A DNA stretch of 64,000 nucleotides from IMGVR_UViG_3300020202_000061:1-64000; one strand, 5' to 3'; positions 38,097 to 46,899 are shown, numbered from the stretch's first letter. Translations and numbers: made by a program. Notes: generated by a model from the letters alone, not told the origin.

Positions 38097-38585
38097 TTAC
38101 TCGGCGGCCACCTTCAACTGAGGTTTGTCCAGTTTGAGCAGCGAATCGCCGTTGCCAATAGGGATCAGCCTCGGTTTCTCCTCCTCCGGGAGGCGGCGCT
38201 CCAGATCGACCATCAAGATACCGTCCTTGAGATCGGCCGAGACGACCTCGGTGTATTCGGCGAGCTTGAATTTCTGATGGAACGCACGATTGGCGATTCC
38301 ACGATAGACGAACCGCTTCTTCTCGTCGGCCTTCTTGTCGCCCTCGACCGAGAGGCAGTCCTTCACCACGGACACGGTGATGTCGTCTTGGCCAAAACCG
38401 GCCACTGCCATCACAATACGAAACTTCGTGGCGTTGCCGTCCTCATCCGACTCCAGCGCCTCAATATTGTAGGGCGGGTAGGATTGGGCGGTTGAATTGA
38501 GAATGCTGTCGATGTCCCTGAACAAGGTTGAGAACCCCAGGAAACGGGGATCAGTAAACAGGGACGCATACAGATCACGTGCCAT
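38097..38585 (-). CDS. hsp20: Small heat shock protein Hsp20 (IbpA-like)
   Basis: YPPYNIE, MAVAGF, YRGIANRAF, ADLKDGIL, PEEEKPRLI; start at ATG 38585 with GGAGG. Confidence 0.95.
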   Translation of the reverse strand: MARDLYASLFTDPRFLGFSTLFRDIDSILNSTAQSYPPYNIEALESDEDGNATKFRIVMAVAGFGQDDITVSVVKDCLSVEGDKKADEKKRFVYRGIANRAFHQKFKLAEYTEVVSADLKDGILMVDLERRLPEEEKPRLIPIGNGDSLLKLDKPQLKVAAE

Positions 38586-38680
38586 TGTCGTATCCTCCAA
38601 TAAAGCAAGGTTATGTTTTGGACCCCTTTCGGGCATCCGGTCGGGAATCCCACATGGGCGATTCCGCAGCGATATTTATA
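38586..38680 (-). promoter_or_regulatory. TATAAATA late promoter plus ROSE-like RNA thermometer leader of hsp20
   Basis: TATAAATA at 38673-80, two hairpins, then CCUUGCU-uuauu-GGAGG pairing over the SD. Confidence 0.6.
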
Positions 38681-38708
38681 TCACACATTTTCGGAGTCAA
38701 GGGGTTTC

Positions 38709-38737
38709 TTGACATTTCGGCTAATTTCAGATATATT
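38709..38737 (+). promoter_or_regulatory. Sigma70-type promoter
   Basis: TTGACA-N17-TATATT, with ATG 6 nt downstream. Confidence 0.7.
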
Positions 38738-38743
38738 CAAAAC

Positions 38744-39031
38744 ATGCCTCAGAAATTCGGTTCCCGTATGCGTGCGGATCGTCTCTACAAGTCCGAATAC
38801 GGTGGACGCTTCAAGGCGCTCGTCGATGAAGGGTTGAGATTGGCGGCCGATCTCGGTCATGACATCCCACCTCTGGATCAGTGGACGAACGATCCCCAAT
38901 TTATGGGCACCTACTACGGTCCCTGTACCAAATGCAAGATGGCGGTCCGCATCAGCATGGAGCAGGATGAACTCTCCAAGGGACCGGCCCTGGCCACCAC
39001 AACCACCTGTCCGGGTCGTCCGTGGCTCTAG
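38744..39031 (+). CDS. Hypothetical protein with His/Cys motif
   Basis: LGH..CTKC..C; start reassigned to 38744. Confidence 0.6.
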   Translation: MPQKFGSRMRADRLYKSEYGGRFKALVDEGLRLAADLGHDIPPLDQWTNDPQFMGTYYGPCTKCKMAVRISMEQDELSKGPALATTTTCPGRPWL

Positions 39032-39264
39032 CCGAGCTATACTTTGTCATGGTTCTGTCCTATCAGGCCGAACCCCAGACAAAGGATTTCGTTCGAATCG
39101 ACATGGAAACCGCCGATGCTTGCCTGGATGCGGTCGCCAACCTTGTCTCTGCCGAGGACGAATACCCGGTGCGTCCCGAGAACACCATCAAATGGGCATT
39201 CTGCGTGGATCGCCGTAACCTCAAACCGATCCTCGAATATCGAATATCCCTAGAAACTCCTTGA
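39022..39264 (+). CDS. Small hypothetical protein (two-Cys family)
   Basis: Hydrophobic N-terminus, T.DAC..AFCV. Confidence 0.5.
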   Translation: MALAELYFVMVLSYQAEPQTKDFVRIDMETADACLDAVANLVSAEDEYPVRPENTIKWAFCVDRRNLKPILEYRISLETP

Positions 39265-39315
39265 CGTTTCTCTACATTTCTGGTAGAATTGTTGGATTAA
39301 CGAGGAGGAGTTTCC

Positions 39316-39891
39316 ATGACCCGAGTGATGCCGTCCCGTCTGAACCTGGGCAGCTACATGCAGTCCACGATGGCTCACCCCCTGCATATGCGCCGTGGGG
39401 CGGCCGAGAACCCAGAGTTCTACAACCCGCAGGGGTTGCCCACGATCATGGGCTTCGTCATCCCGACGTGGCAGCGTCCGTTGGTCTGGACCGAGGATCA
39501 GAAGGTGAGGTTCGTCGAGTCCGCTTGGTACGGCATCAACCTGGGCACCTACACATACCAGCAGCAGGACTACGACAAACATCCTGATGGTTCGTACACC
39601 CCGAGCCCCTACAATGGGTATCTGATCGATGGTCAGCAGCGCATGTCCGCGCTCCAGGACTACTTCGACGACAAACTTACGGTGTTCGGCTACAAGTGGT
39701 CGGAAGTCGATGTGACTGACCGCCGAAGCTTCGAAATGACCAGCAGCTTCTCCTGCTACATTTCGCGCTTCCAGACCGAGGCCGAAATGATCGAGATGTA
39801 CGAACGTCTGAGCTTCGGCGGCACCCCGCATACCGAGGCCGACCGCCCCTCGCAGAAGGGCAGCAAGACGTTCAAGCCCGGCGTTCGCTGA
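39316..39891 (+). CDS. DUF262 (ParB/sulfiredoxin-like) domain protein
   Basis: IPTWQRPLVW, FVES, LIDGQQRMSAL; TTGACG-N17-TAGAAT promoter and GAGGAG RBS. Confidence 0.85.
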   Translation: MTRVMPSRLNLGSYMQSTMAHPLHMRRGAAENPEFYNPQGLPTIMGFVIPTWQRPLVWTEDQKVRFVESAWYGINLGTYTYQQQDYDKHPDGSYTPSPYNGYLIDGQQRMSALQDYFDDKLTVFGYKWSEVDVTDRRSFEMTSSFSCYISRFQTEAEMIEMYERLSFGGTPHTEADRPSQKGSKTFKPGVR

Positions 39892-40080
39892 TCATTCCTG
39901 ATCGAACCGTGCGTCCCTGGCGCGAGTGCGTTCCTCACGGAGCATTCGCGTCAGGATGTACGTGATCAAGACGTTCGAGCGTTCAATCGCCGCTTCCGCC
40001 CCGACCGAGTTACGACTCAGATCGTTCTGTAGCTCCCTGGCCATTGTCAGCGCCTCGCCTAGGTTAATGGGCGACTTCAC
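39892..40080 (-). CDS. Hypothetical protein
   Basis: GTG start overlapping the upstream stop. Confidence 0.45.
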   Translation of the reverse strand: MKSPINLGEALTMARELQNDLSRNSVGAEAAIERSNVLITYILTRMLREERTRARDARFDQE

Positions 40081-40535
40081 GCGGCCACCTTCTGTTGGAG
40101 CTTCTCGTGGTTCCTCCACGCCTTCATCGCCGCCATACACAGGGCAAGCTGTCTGGTGCGGCCTTGGACCTCGTACACGCCCAACGCGCCAGGGTTGGCT
40201 TGGTGACGCGGAATCGACCAGTGCACGACCTTGACCAGGACTGGGCGGTTGTTGGCGGGTTCAAAGTCCTCCTGAATACGAACCTCGTAATCCTTCAAGA
40301 ACAACTTGAACAGGAGTAGGGCCGTGTCGGTATCGGTGGTGAAATGGGGGATGGCCGGACGCCCCGGCAGGTCCTTGTGTGGAGCCTTCCATTTGCCCTG
40401 ACTGGTCTGTCGGTAACCGAAGAACTCCGCCACGACCTGATCCAGGTCCTTGTTCCCCTCGGGACTCTTGGTGCTGGCTTCGTAAAACTGGGTATACAAA
40501 CCCTGGTAATCGATCTCTTTCTTGATCTTTGGCAT
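40077..40535 (-). CDS. Hypothetical protein
   Basis: LD..VAE..G, PHFTTD.D.A, LALCMAA motifs common in small phage proteins. Confidence 0.7.
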   Translation of the reverse strand: MPKIKKEIDYQGLYTQFYEASTKSPEGNKDLDQVVAEFFGYRQTSQGKWKAPHKDLPGRPAIPHFTTDTDTALLLFKLFLKDYEVRIQEDFEPANNRPVLVKVVHWSIPRHQANPGALGVYEVQGRTRQLALCMAAMKAWRNHEKLQQKVAA

Positions 40536-40595
40536 AAACCCTCTCTTGCCTAACCCCTCGAAATATCAATATAGTGGGGTAGGAGATAAAGGCAA

Positions 40596-41231
40596 ATGGC
40601 ACTCCATACGATGAAAAATCCGATTTTCGAGAATCGTAACAATTCCCAACAGCTTCATTCCGAAGATGACAAACCTGCCAGGATAACGAAACTCTATGAT
40701 CCAGTCGTATGGAAGGACATGATCGTACAGGAATGGTACCATCATGGCTATCGCCATCGCAACGACAAACCCGCGATAGAACGTTCAGACGGTCATCAAG
40801 AATGGTGGAATATGGACTGCCGTCATAATCCGGCTGGTCCTGCAATCATCCGGCCGGATGGAACTGGTACGTTCTACATCTTCGACGAAGAGCTAATCCC
40901 GGAGAAGGTCAAGAAGGAGTGCGGGGCACGTATCTCCACAACTCCACCTTACTTTGAATCCGCCACCGATAAAATGATCTGGCTCAGTTATGTGGCGAAA
41001 CTGATGGCTGATCCTCTCTTCTCGGCAAGGAAGCTTGAGAAGATTTTGGCCGATGAGATTCGAAAAGAGATCGATGCGGAGATCATCAAGACAATTGTGA
41101 CAGGGTCAAAATCTCGTAGCCTGTCGCTGTCACCAGAACTGTGTGCTCGAACTGTGCCGACAGTGATCGATCTCTTGTCACTACGGTCCATCCATCCTGG
41201 AGTAACTTTACCTCTGCCTTTCCGACGTTGA
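40596..41231 (+). CDS. Hypothetical protein with HRxDxPA repeats (PWF family)
   Basis: LHSEDDKPA, RHRNDKPAI, RHNPAGPAI, PPYFESATDKM; 3' end overlaps map. Confidence 0.7.
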   Translation: MALHTMKNPIFENRNNSQQLHSEDDKPARITKLYDPVVWKDMIVQEWYHHGYRHRNDKPAIERSDGHQEWWNMDCRHNPAGPAIIRPDGTGTFYIFDEELIPEKVKKECGARISTTPPYFESATDKMIWLSYVAKLMADPLFSARKLEKILADEIRKEIDAEIIKTIVTGSKSRSLSLSPELCARTVPTVIDLLSLRSIHPGVTLPLPFRR

Positions 41232-41823
41232 CCATAGGTTCCACTGTGAAGGTCATACCCGGTATCATCTTCGGACCAGGATTACCGAACCAGAAATGAG
41301 GGACCTGAGGCTGATCATGATAGATCGTGTTCACACCATGGCCGACATAATCACGCACGACTGAGAAGCCTTGAGACTCCACATAGGTTTGGATCGCGAG
41401 CCCGATGTAGCCGATATGAGCGTCCGGCTTGACCTGCTCAATCCCCATGTACATGGCCTTCTGGGTGACATCGATCAGACGTTGTGCCTTCACCCCGATC
41501 TTCCCCACCGGGAAGGTTCGCGAAGTATCACCGATATGATCATCCAGGGTCACAGCCACATCCAGATTGACGATGTCGCCCTCTACCAGCTTCTTCTCAC
41601 CAGGAATACCATGGCAGACCACGTGATTCGGACTAGTGCAGATCGACTTCGGAAAGCCCCTGTAGTTGAGACTGGACGGCACCGCATCGTGCTCGATGAT
41701 GTAATCGTGGCAGAGCTTGTCCAATTCGCCCGTGGACACACCTGGAACAACGAACGGAGTGATGTAGTCGAGGGTGTCAGCGGCGAGCCTTCCGGCCGCA
41801 CGCATCTTACTTATATCGGCCAT
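41086..41823 (-). CDS. map: Methionine aminopeptidase type I
   Basis: FPKSICTSPNHVVCHGIP, DVAV..GDTSRT, GHGV..H, FTVEPMVN, SAQFEHT. Confidence 0.95.
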   Translation of the reverse strand: MADISKMRAAGRLAADTLDYITPFVVPGVSTGELDKLCHDYIIEHDAVPSSLNYRGFPKSICTSPNHVVCHGIPGEKKLVEGDIVNLDVAVTLDDHIGDTSRTFPVGKIGVKAQRLIDVTQKAMYMGIEQVKPDAHIGYIGLAIQTYVESQGFSVVRDYVGHGVNTIYHDQPQVPHFWFGNPGPKMIPGMTFTVEPMVNVGKAEVKLLQDGWTVVTRDRSLSAQFEHTVLVTATGYEILTLSQLS

Positions 41824-42226
41824 TCGGATTCACCACCCACACCCAAATCATCGGAGAATCTCCTTGCGTATCGTATGTCCCCGGACTCGGCGGACTATAA
41901 GTCGCACTGTAGAAACCTTCCTTCTTGAAAGCGGCATCGATCCTCGCCATCACCTCCGTGTCTTCCTCATACGGGATGAAACTCGGATAATCACGAAGGC
42001 TACTAATCAGAAAGAATTCACGTCTTTTGTTGTAGCGCTTCATCTCTTCCTGATATTCCTTCTCGAAGGCGGCCTTCCACCCACCCTCTTCGACCCAGGC
42101 TAGAAGCTTTTCCCACTCCCTCCTACGGGAACGTTTGTTATCGATCTCATCCTGCTTCGCACGACGCTCTAGCTCCGTCAGATGGTCGCAGACATCAGCG
42201 GTCATTTTTTCAACAAAGGAAATCAT
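41807..42226 (-). CDS. Hypothetical protein
   Basis: ORF with AGGGG RBS, upstream of map. Confidence 0.6.
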   Translation of the reverse strand: MISFVEKMTADVCDHLTELERRAKQDEIDNKRSRRREWEKLLAWVEEGGWKAAFEKEYQEEMKRYNKRREFFLISSLRDYPSFIPYEEDTEVMARIDAAFKKEGFYSATYSPPSPGTYDTQGDSPMIWVWVVNPNGRYK

Positions 42227-42268
42227 GGTATCCCCCTGAAACAAATGTAGGGAGAATTCGAGGGATTA

Positions 42269-42436
42269 TCAACGACGATTGGTCATGAAATACCAAACCG
42301 AGCCGATGATCGAGGCCGTCATCATAGCCATGCAGCCCACCGACCAGAGTTGGTTCGGAATGTCTTGAAGCAATTCCAGCTTGAACAAGATTAACGAGAA
42401 GAGAAACGTGATCAGGAAAAATTGCCACTTCTTCAT
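42269..42436 (-). CDS. Small membrane protein
   Basis: MKKWQFFLITFLF; 2 TM; ATGA overlap. Confidence 0.5.
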   Translation of the reverse strand: MKKWQFFLITFLFSLILFKLELLQDIPNQLWSVGCMAMMTASIIGSVWYFMTNRR

Positions 42437-42873
42437 ACTTGCATCTCCGCGAGTATAGTGGCGTGTCCCTGCTTCCTCAGTCGCAGCTTGAAGCCACCCG
42501 GATAGAGCCGACGCAGCACCTGATGCTGGCTGATCCACCGTGCCCATTCGTCGAATTCTTCTTTCCGGAACCGATAGAGTTCGTTCTTGAAGTTGGCCCA
42601 GACCTCCGTCGTGTAAAGGTCAATGGCAACGCCATCAAAGGGTTTGCCCACGGAGACCATGGTCTCACGTACCTGATCGGCTGTGGCCTTGAATGCTTCC
42701 CAGAGGTGAAGCTGACTGCCCAGGAGCCCACGTAACGATCCGAACTGAGATTCACGCAGTAACTGCTCAAATTCGGCCTTCGAGGGATTACGGAAGACCT
42801 GGACATCATTGGACCCGTTCACGATAGGTCCGTAATAAATCAGGTTTACCGAATGGTTAAGATCAGGAATCAT
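42433..42873 (-). CDS. Hypothetical late protein
   Basis: TAAATA 5 nt upstream of ATG; VFRNPSKAEF..LRGLL..LW. Confidence 0.65.
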   Translation of the reverse strand: MIPDLNHSVNLIYYGPIVNGSNDVQVFRNPSKAEFEQLLRESQFGSLRGLLGSQLHLWEAFKATADQVRETMVSVGKPFDGVAIDLYTTEVWANFKNELYRFRKEEFDEWARWISQHQVLRRLYPGGFKLRLRKQGHATILAEMQV

Positions 42874-42975
42874 CCCCTTATTTAGGAGTCAGAAACCCCC
42901 ATAAAGAAACCCCCCAGTGACAGGTGGGGGAACCTGCCCTGGGGGATTCATCACAGGCGAGATCGACCGCTGGAT

Positions 42976-43296
42976 TTACGCGGCGGCCTTCTGCGAATTT
43001 GCGGCTGGCTGGCCCTGGCCTTGCCCCGCCTTATTCTTCGGGGGGCGTCCCGGTGGGCGGCCGGTTGGGATGTAGTAGGACTTCTTCTTCTTTTTGGGTT
43101 TGGTCGGCATCGGATGGACATTACCGCCGGTCCCCTGTGTGGTCTTGGTCGGGGTATCGACCGTGTGTTCGTCGAGCCACTTCAGGTAGGCATCGGCTTC
43201 TTCGATCACCGCTTCCGCCGTCCGTGGTGCCATGCCCTGTTGGGGTGACCGGGCAATTTTGATCACTTCGAGAGCGATCTCAGGTCTAACGCTCAT
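42976..43296 (-). CDS. AYLKW-family protein with basic AT-hook-like tail
   Basis: Start at ATG 43296 after AAGGAG; EEADAYLKWL; KPKKKKK..GRPPGRPPKNK. Confidence 0.7.
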   Translation of the reverse strand: MSVRPEIALEVIKIARSPQQGMAPRTAEAVIEEADAYLKWLDEHTVDTPTKTTQGTGGNVHPMPTKPKKKKKSYYIPTGRPPGRPPKNKAGQGQGQPAANSQKAAA

Positions 43297-43407
43297 AGAG
43301 TTACTCCTTAGTGTGGGGGATGACCTGCACACCCCGTGCAGGGCACAAAGGAGTAAACAACTACCTACGAAAAAGTTCCACAACTTTTTTCGTTTTCCTC
43401 CTCTACC

Positions 43408-43776
43408 TTATTTCGGTGATTCCGGAGGATTGACTTGCCAGGAAACGTGCATGAACGTCCCTTGCCCATTTGAGCAAAAGTTAACATCCATGCGTCGTTC
43501 TCTAAAATACGCCACAAGCCACTCTCGATCTTCCTCCGGCGGAGACTCGCTGGGAGTTGGAATGTCAAAGGTGGCTCTGGTATTCGGTCCTTGTGGCTGT
43601 ATCGCCATCCGGAACAGACTGGCCTGGGCCAGATGCATCCAGACGCGATCCTCTACTGTCACACAAAAGGCTCGCCACGACTGTCGAAGAACATATTCGC
43701 GGGCTTCTGCGAGGTGTCTCTCCCCATCAAGGAGATTCACGTAGAATGCTCTTAGTTCCTCATCGTCTTTCAGCAA
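43408..43776 (-). CDS. Hypothetical protein
   Basis: ORF in the minus-strand gene run; start uncertain. Confidence 0.5.
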   Translation of the reverse strand: MLKDDEELRAFYVNLLDGERHLAEAREYVLRQSWRAFCVTVEDRVWMHLAQASLFRMAIQPQGPNTRATFDIPTPSESPPEEDREWLVAYFRERRMDVNFCSNGQGTFMHVSWQVNPPESPK

Positions 43777-43814
43777 GTTCCACCCTTAGCAGAGTTCCGA
43801 ATCCGGATCAATAC

Positions 43815-44090
43815 TCAGACTTCGGTTTCTGGCTTCGTTAACCAATTCCTATGCAGGGTGGCGTTTCTGAGAACTTCCTCGGTCGATAGACCATATACAC
43901 GAGCGTGGATCAGAATTTCGTAACTCTGATCCGCTGGGAGACGATTGTTTTCGTTGATCCACTTCAGATAGGCTTCTGCACGATCTGTGATATCTGAAAA
44001 AGCAGCATGCGGCTCAACATCGTTCTTGGCCAACATCAAAACCGACTGACGCATGTCCAAAGAGAATTTGCGCATTAACTTACGATCCAT
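43815..44090 (-). CDS. AYLKW-family protein
   Basis: DRAEAYLKWI; EEVLRNATLHRNWL. Confidence 0.65.
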   Translation of the reverse strand: MDRKLMRKFSLDMRQSVLMLAKNDVEPHAAFSDITDRAEAYLKWINENNRLPADQSYEILIHARVYGLSTEEVLRNATLHRNWLTKPETEV

Positions 44091-44104
44091 AACTGATTAC
44101 CCCC

Positions 44105-44551
44105 TTAGTTGAGTTTCGGACCCAAATGGAACAGGTCCACATACTTCTGAGTACGTTTCAGGATGTTCTGGATTGTGTCTGGTTCACCTTCATCCGTCGC
44201 CGACGATAGGGAGACCAGAGACATCAGGTCCTGAATCGAGATCAGGGGGTTCTTCTTGTGGCGGCTCACCAACCAATCCAAAAGCTGACTGGCGTGATGG
44301 AGTTGATCCGTTGGATTGTCTGGCACCGGATGGGCGATAGCTGCCGCCAATATCAGGATGTCCAGGGTTTGCTCATAGGTCAGGACCATGGCGTTGTTCA
44401 CATCACCCTGGACCTCTTCAAACCACTTCAGATAGGCTGCGGTTTCCCTCACCACCTCATCAGCCGGAATTTTACCAGTTGATGCCTCAGTGCGGGTAGC
44501 AATCATACCGAAAGCGTGCTCGGCGAGTCTGACCTTAAGCTCGGATTTCAT
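44105..44551 (-). CDS. AYLKW-family protein (three repeats)
   Basis: RETAAYLKWF, HASQLLDWL, KRTQKYVDL. Confidence 0.65.
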   Translation of the reverse strand: MKSELKVRLAEHAFGMIATRTEASTGKIPADEVVRETAAYLKWFEEVQGDVNNAMVLTYEQTLDILILAAAIAHPVPDNPTDQLHHASQLLDWLVSRHKKNPLISIQDLMSLVSLSSATDEGEPDTIQNILKRTQKYVDLFHLGPKLN

Positions 44552-44607
44552 ATTTCCCCCAATAACACACTACCCAAACATAGGGTTTCCAGGGGGATTT
44601 TCAATGA

Positions 44608-44976
44608 TCAACCGTGCTTAGAATCGACCCCGAGCTTTTTGAATCTAGGCTGGCCATCAACAAGGTTACTGAAGAACATCTCGACCGGTCTCAGCCAGAG
44701 CCCACGCACGTGTGGCCACAGATGCTCGTAGAGCACCAATGACTCTTTCGAATCATCATTGGACTGATGGATCACGTCGAGAAATCGATAGAGCCCACCT
44801 TTGTAGTGACGATGAGTAGCTTTGGCCAGGGCTTCATCCTCATCGATACCCGGAAACAAGGTCTCCCTGAAAATCAGGTCTGGTTCGATCCAAAAACCCC
44901 TATCAGGTTCCCAGAACACCGCGAACTGCTGTTGGGTCTCGGTATGAATAGCTGGACGCAAAAAGACCGGAATCAT
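44608..44976 (-). CDS. DUF1653 domain protein
   Basis: RHYKGGLY, LVLYEHL, LWLRPVEMF, PRF. Confidence 0.8.
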   Translation of the reverse strand: MIPVFLRPAIHTETQQQFAVFWEPDRGFWIEPDLIFRETLFPGIDEDEALAKATHRHYKGGLYRFLDVIHQSNDDSKESLVLYEHLWPHVRGLWLRPVEMFFSNLVDGQPRFKKLGVDSKHG

Positions 44977-45717
44977 CTACTCTTCCTCGTCGTATTCGGG
45001 AAGGCGTCCGTAGCAGATTTGATGGATACGTTCCGTTTCTGGATCACGCCTCTCAGGCTTGGTTTTATTGAGAGTAAACTTGCCGTCTCGGCCGGTTCCG
45101 GTCGCCATGAAGTTCCAACCCTCATCGAACGCGTAATACTCAAAGGTCAGATCGGATTCGACCTCAGTTAGTTTTTCCAGAACCGGGGTGGGGCAACTCC
45201 ATGCGGTTTGAAAGCGAAGCTCTGCCTGTTTGTCCTCACCTCGAACAACCGTCTGCATGACACTGTCGTAGGCGTTCCACTTCGTGCCCCAGTGATGGAT
45301 CGACCACTCATACCAGGATTTGTAGCCAGTCTCACCGATGCAGCGAGCCATGAGACGGGCATTGGCAATTGCACCCGGATAGGCTTTTTCCACCTTCTCC
45401 AACTTGGCCTCGATCTTCTCATAGGCCAAGCCGATCCAGGGACCTAGAATCTTATCGCGGTCGGTTCGACACAGATCATCCCAAGCCGTTATCATTCCGG
45501 GACCACCCACCATCAACGTGATAATAGTGGGAGCCAAACTCGACTCCACGACCTGAGCCGCGACCTCCGGCATCGGTATCAATTGGTTGAAATCGAACGT
45601 CGGACCGTACATCTGACCGGGTTTATCCGGATCAGGAAGCATCAGGAAATACTTTCGCATCCGGTCGGTCACATCCGGACCACTCACCATCAAGACGTTC
45701 TGAACATGATTTGGCAT
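44977..45717 (-). CDS. DUF1281 / YubB ferredoxin-like domain protein
   Basis: MPNHVQN, FDFNQLIPMPE, WYEWSIHHWGTKWNA, FQTAWSCP. Confidence 0.75.
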   Translation of the reverse strand: MPNHVQNVLMVSGPDVTDRMRKYFLMLPDPDKPGQMYGPTFDFNQLIPMPEVAAQVVESSLAPTIITLMVGGPGMITAWDDLCRTDRDKILGPWIGLAYEKIEAKLEKVEKAYPGAIANARLMARCIGETGYKSWYEWSIHHWGTKWNAYDSVMQTVVRGEDKQAELRFQTAWSCPTPVLEKLTEVESDLTFEYYAFDEGWNFMATGTGRDGKFTLNKTKPERRDPETERIHQICYGRLPEYDEEE

Positions 45718-45971
45718 CAGCCTTCTCCGAAGATTTCTTTGTAGCGGACCTCACCGAGATCGACCAGACGCGGTTCCTGCGGTTGATAGTAATAGTCCGG
45801 TGCGATACGGCTGGGATTGCGCTTGAGTTCATCCGCAAGCCATTTATCGCAAACGTCTTGGGCTTCCTTCTTGGTCTTGTAGTAGGTAGTGTCGTCGATC
45901 TTGCTGCCCCATCCGCGTTCGGATTCGAGCCAATCTATCGCGTATGCCGCCCAAACTAGACGCTCGGACAT
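45717..45971 (-). CDS. Hypothetical protein
   Basis: ESERGWGSKID, PDYY motif; start reassigned. Confidence 0.65.
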   Translation of the reverse strand: MSERLVWAAYAIDWLESERGWGSKIDDTTYYKTKKEAQDVCDKWLADELKRNPSRIAPDYYYQPQEPRLVDLGEVRYKEIFGEG

Positions 45972-45981
45972 CTCACACCTC

Positions 45982-46347
45982 TCAGTCTTTGGGATCACCA
46001 TGTAGGGTCCAGGCAATCGGATCGAAATCGTAAAAACGATCCGTGATATCATTGGGGTTGCCTTGGACCACCGCGATCTTACGATGCTCGTCCGTGAGTT
46101 CGGGAAGTTCTCTACTGGAATGGATGCGGGCATGCGGTTTGAAGTCTCCGTCCCCATCACAGTAGAATCCGACGTATCGGGACGATCCCCATCCACCCAG
46201 TGAGTTCCAGTATTCCAGCATGGCTTCCATGGCAAGAGCCTGAGGCTCTGTAAGTTCCATCTGGATCGTCAAGAGGGTGCGCTTCTTGTAGGGTTGCTTC
46301 TCAATGGTTCGAGTCGCCATCTCCGCCTGGGTCGTTCTGATATTCAT
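45982..46347 (-). CDS. Hypothetical protein
   Basis: LG.WGSSR.VGFYCDGDGDF.P motif. Confidence 0.65.
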   Translation of the reverse strand: MNIRTTQAEMATRTIEKQPYKKRTLLTIQMELTEPQALAMEAMLEYWNSLGGWGSSRYVGFYCDGDGDFKPHARIHSSRELPELTDEHRKIAVVQGNPNDITDRFYDFDPIAWTLHGDPKD

Positions 46348-46748
46348 CGAATGTCCCCGGAACCCCTCATTGTGCCACGTTGCTTACGCGAGTTGATCTT
46401 GTTAACGTTTGCCTCCATAACATCCTGGAAGCTCATACCGAACTGCGAAGCAATACGACAGAGATAATAGAGCACATCACCAAGTTCAAGCTTTAGGGTT
46501 TCTTTGTCAAGGGTTTTGTCTCGGACATACTTCTTGAGCTTCTCCATGACCTCGCCAGCCTCGCCTGCGGTACCGGTGCTCATCACGTAGAGGTCTTTGA
46601 GTTCACGATTCTCCATGAACAACTTGTTCACATAAGCCTGGATATCCTCATCCCCTTGGAGCAGCTTGTGCGAGATGTCGTTCGGAATCTCCGGCGGGCT
46701 GCTCATCCAAACCGAGTCAACCCATTTCTGATACTCATTCCAATTCAT
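46344..46748 (-). CDS. MazG-like nucleoside triphosphate pyrophosphohydrolase
   Basis: GEAGEVMEKLKK, ELGDVLYY, NVNKINSRKQRG..GSGD. Confidence 0.85.
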   Translation of the reverse strand: MNWNEYQKWVDSVWMSSPPEIPNDISHKLLQGDEDIQAYVNKLFMENRELKDLYVMSTGTAGEAGEVMEKLKKYVRDKTLDKETLKLELGDVLYYLCRIASQFGMSFQDVMEANVNKINSRKQRGTMRGSGDIR

Positions 46749-46797
46749 GTGATTTCCCCTTCCGATCAAAGGTAGTCCCAGGTCGGAAGGGGTCAAG

Positions 46798-46899
46798 TCA
46801 CTTGGCCAGATAGAAAACTAAGGCTCCCACAAGGGCCACGATCATCGCAGCAACAGGATACCAAAAGGCATAACGGTTTCGCTTCCTGGACTTAGCCAT
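46798..46899 (-). CDS. 33 aa single-TM peptide
   Basis: Below the ORF-track cutoff: MAKSRKRNRYAFWYPVAAMIVALVGALVFYLAK, with GAGGA RBS. Confidence 0.5.
   Translation of the reverse strand: MAKSRKRNRYAFWYPVAAMIVALVGALVFYLAK

Noticed and set aside
41030-41100. LEKILADEIRKEIDAEII resembles a major capsid protein helix
   Set aside because: Only a short helix at the end of an unrelated ORF; no other capsid features.
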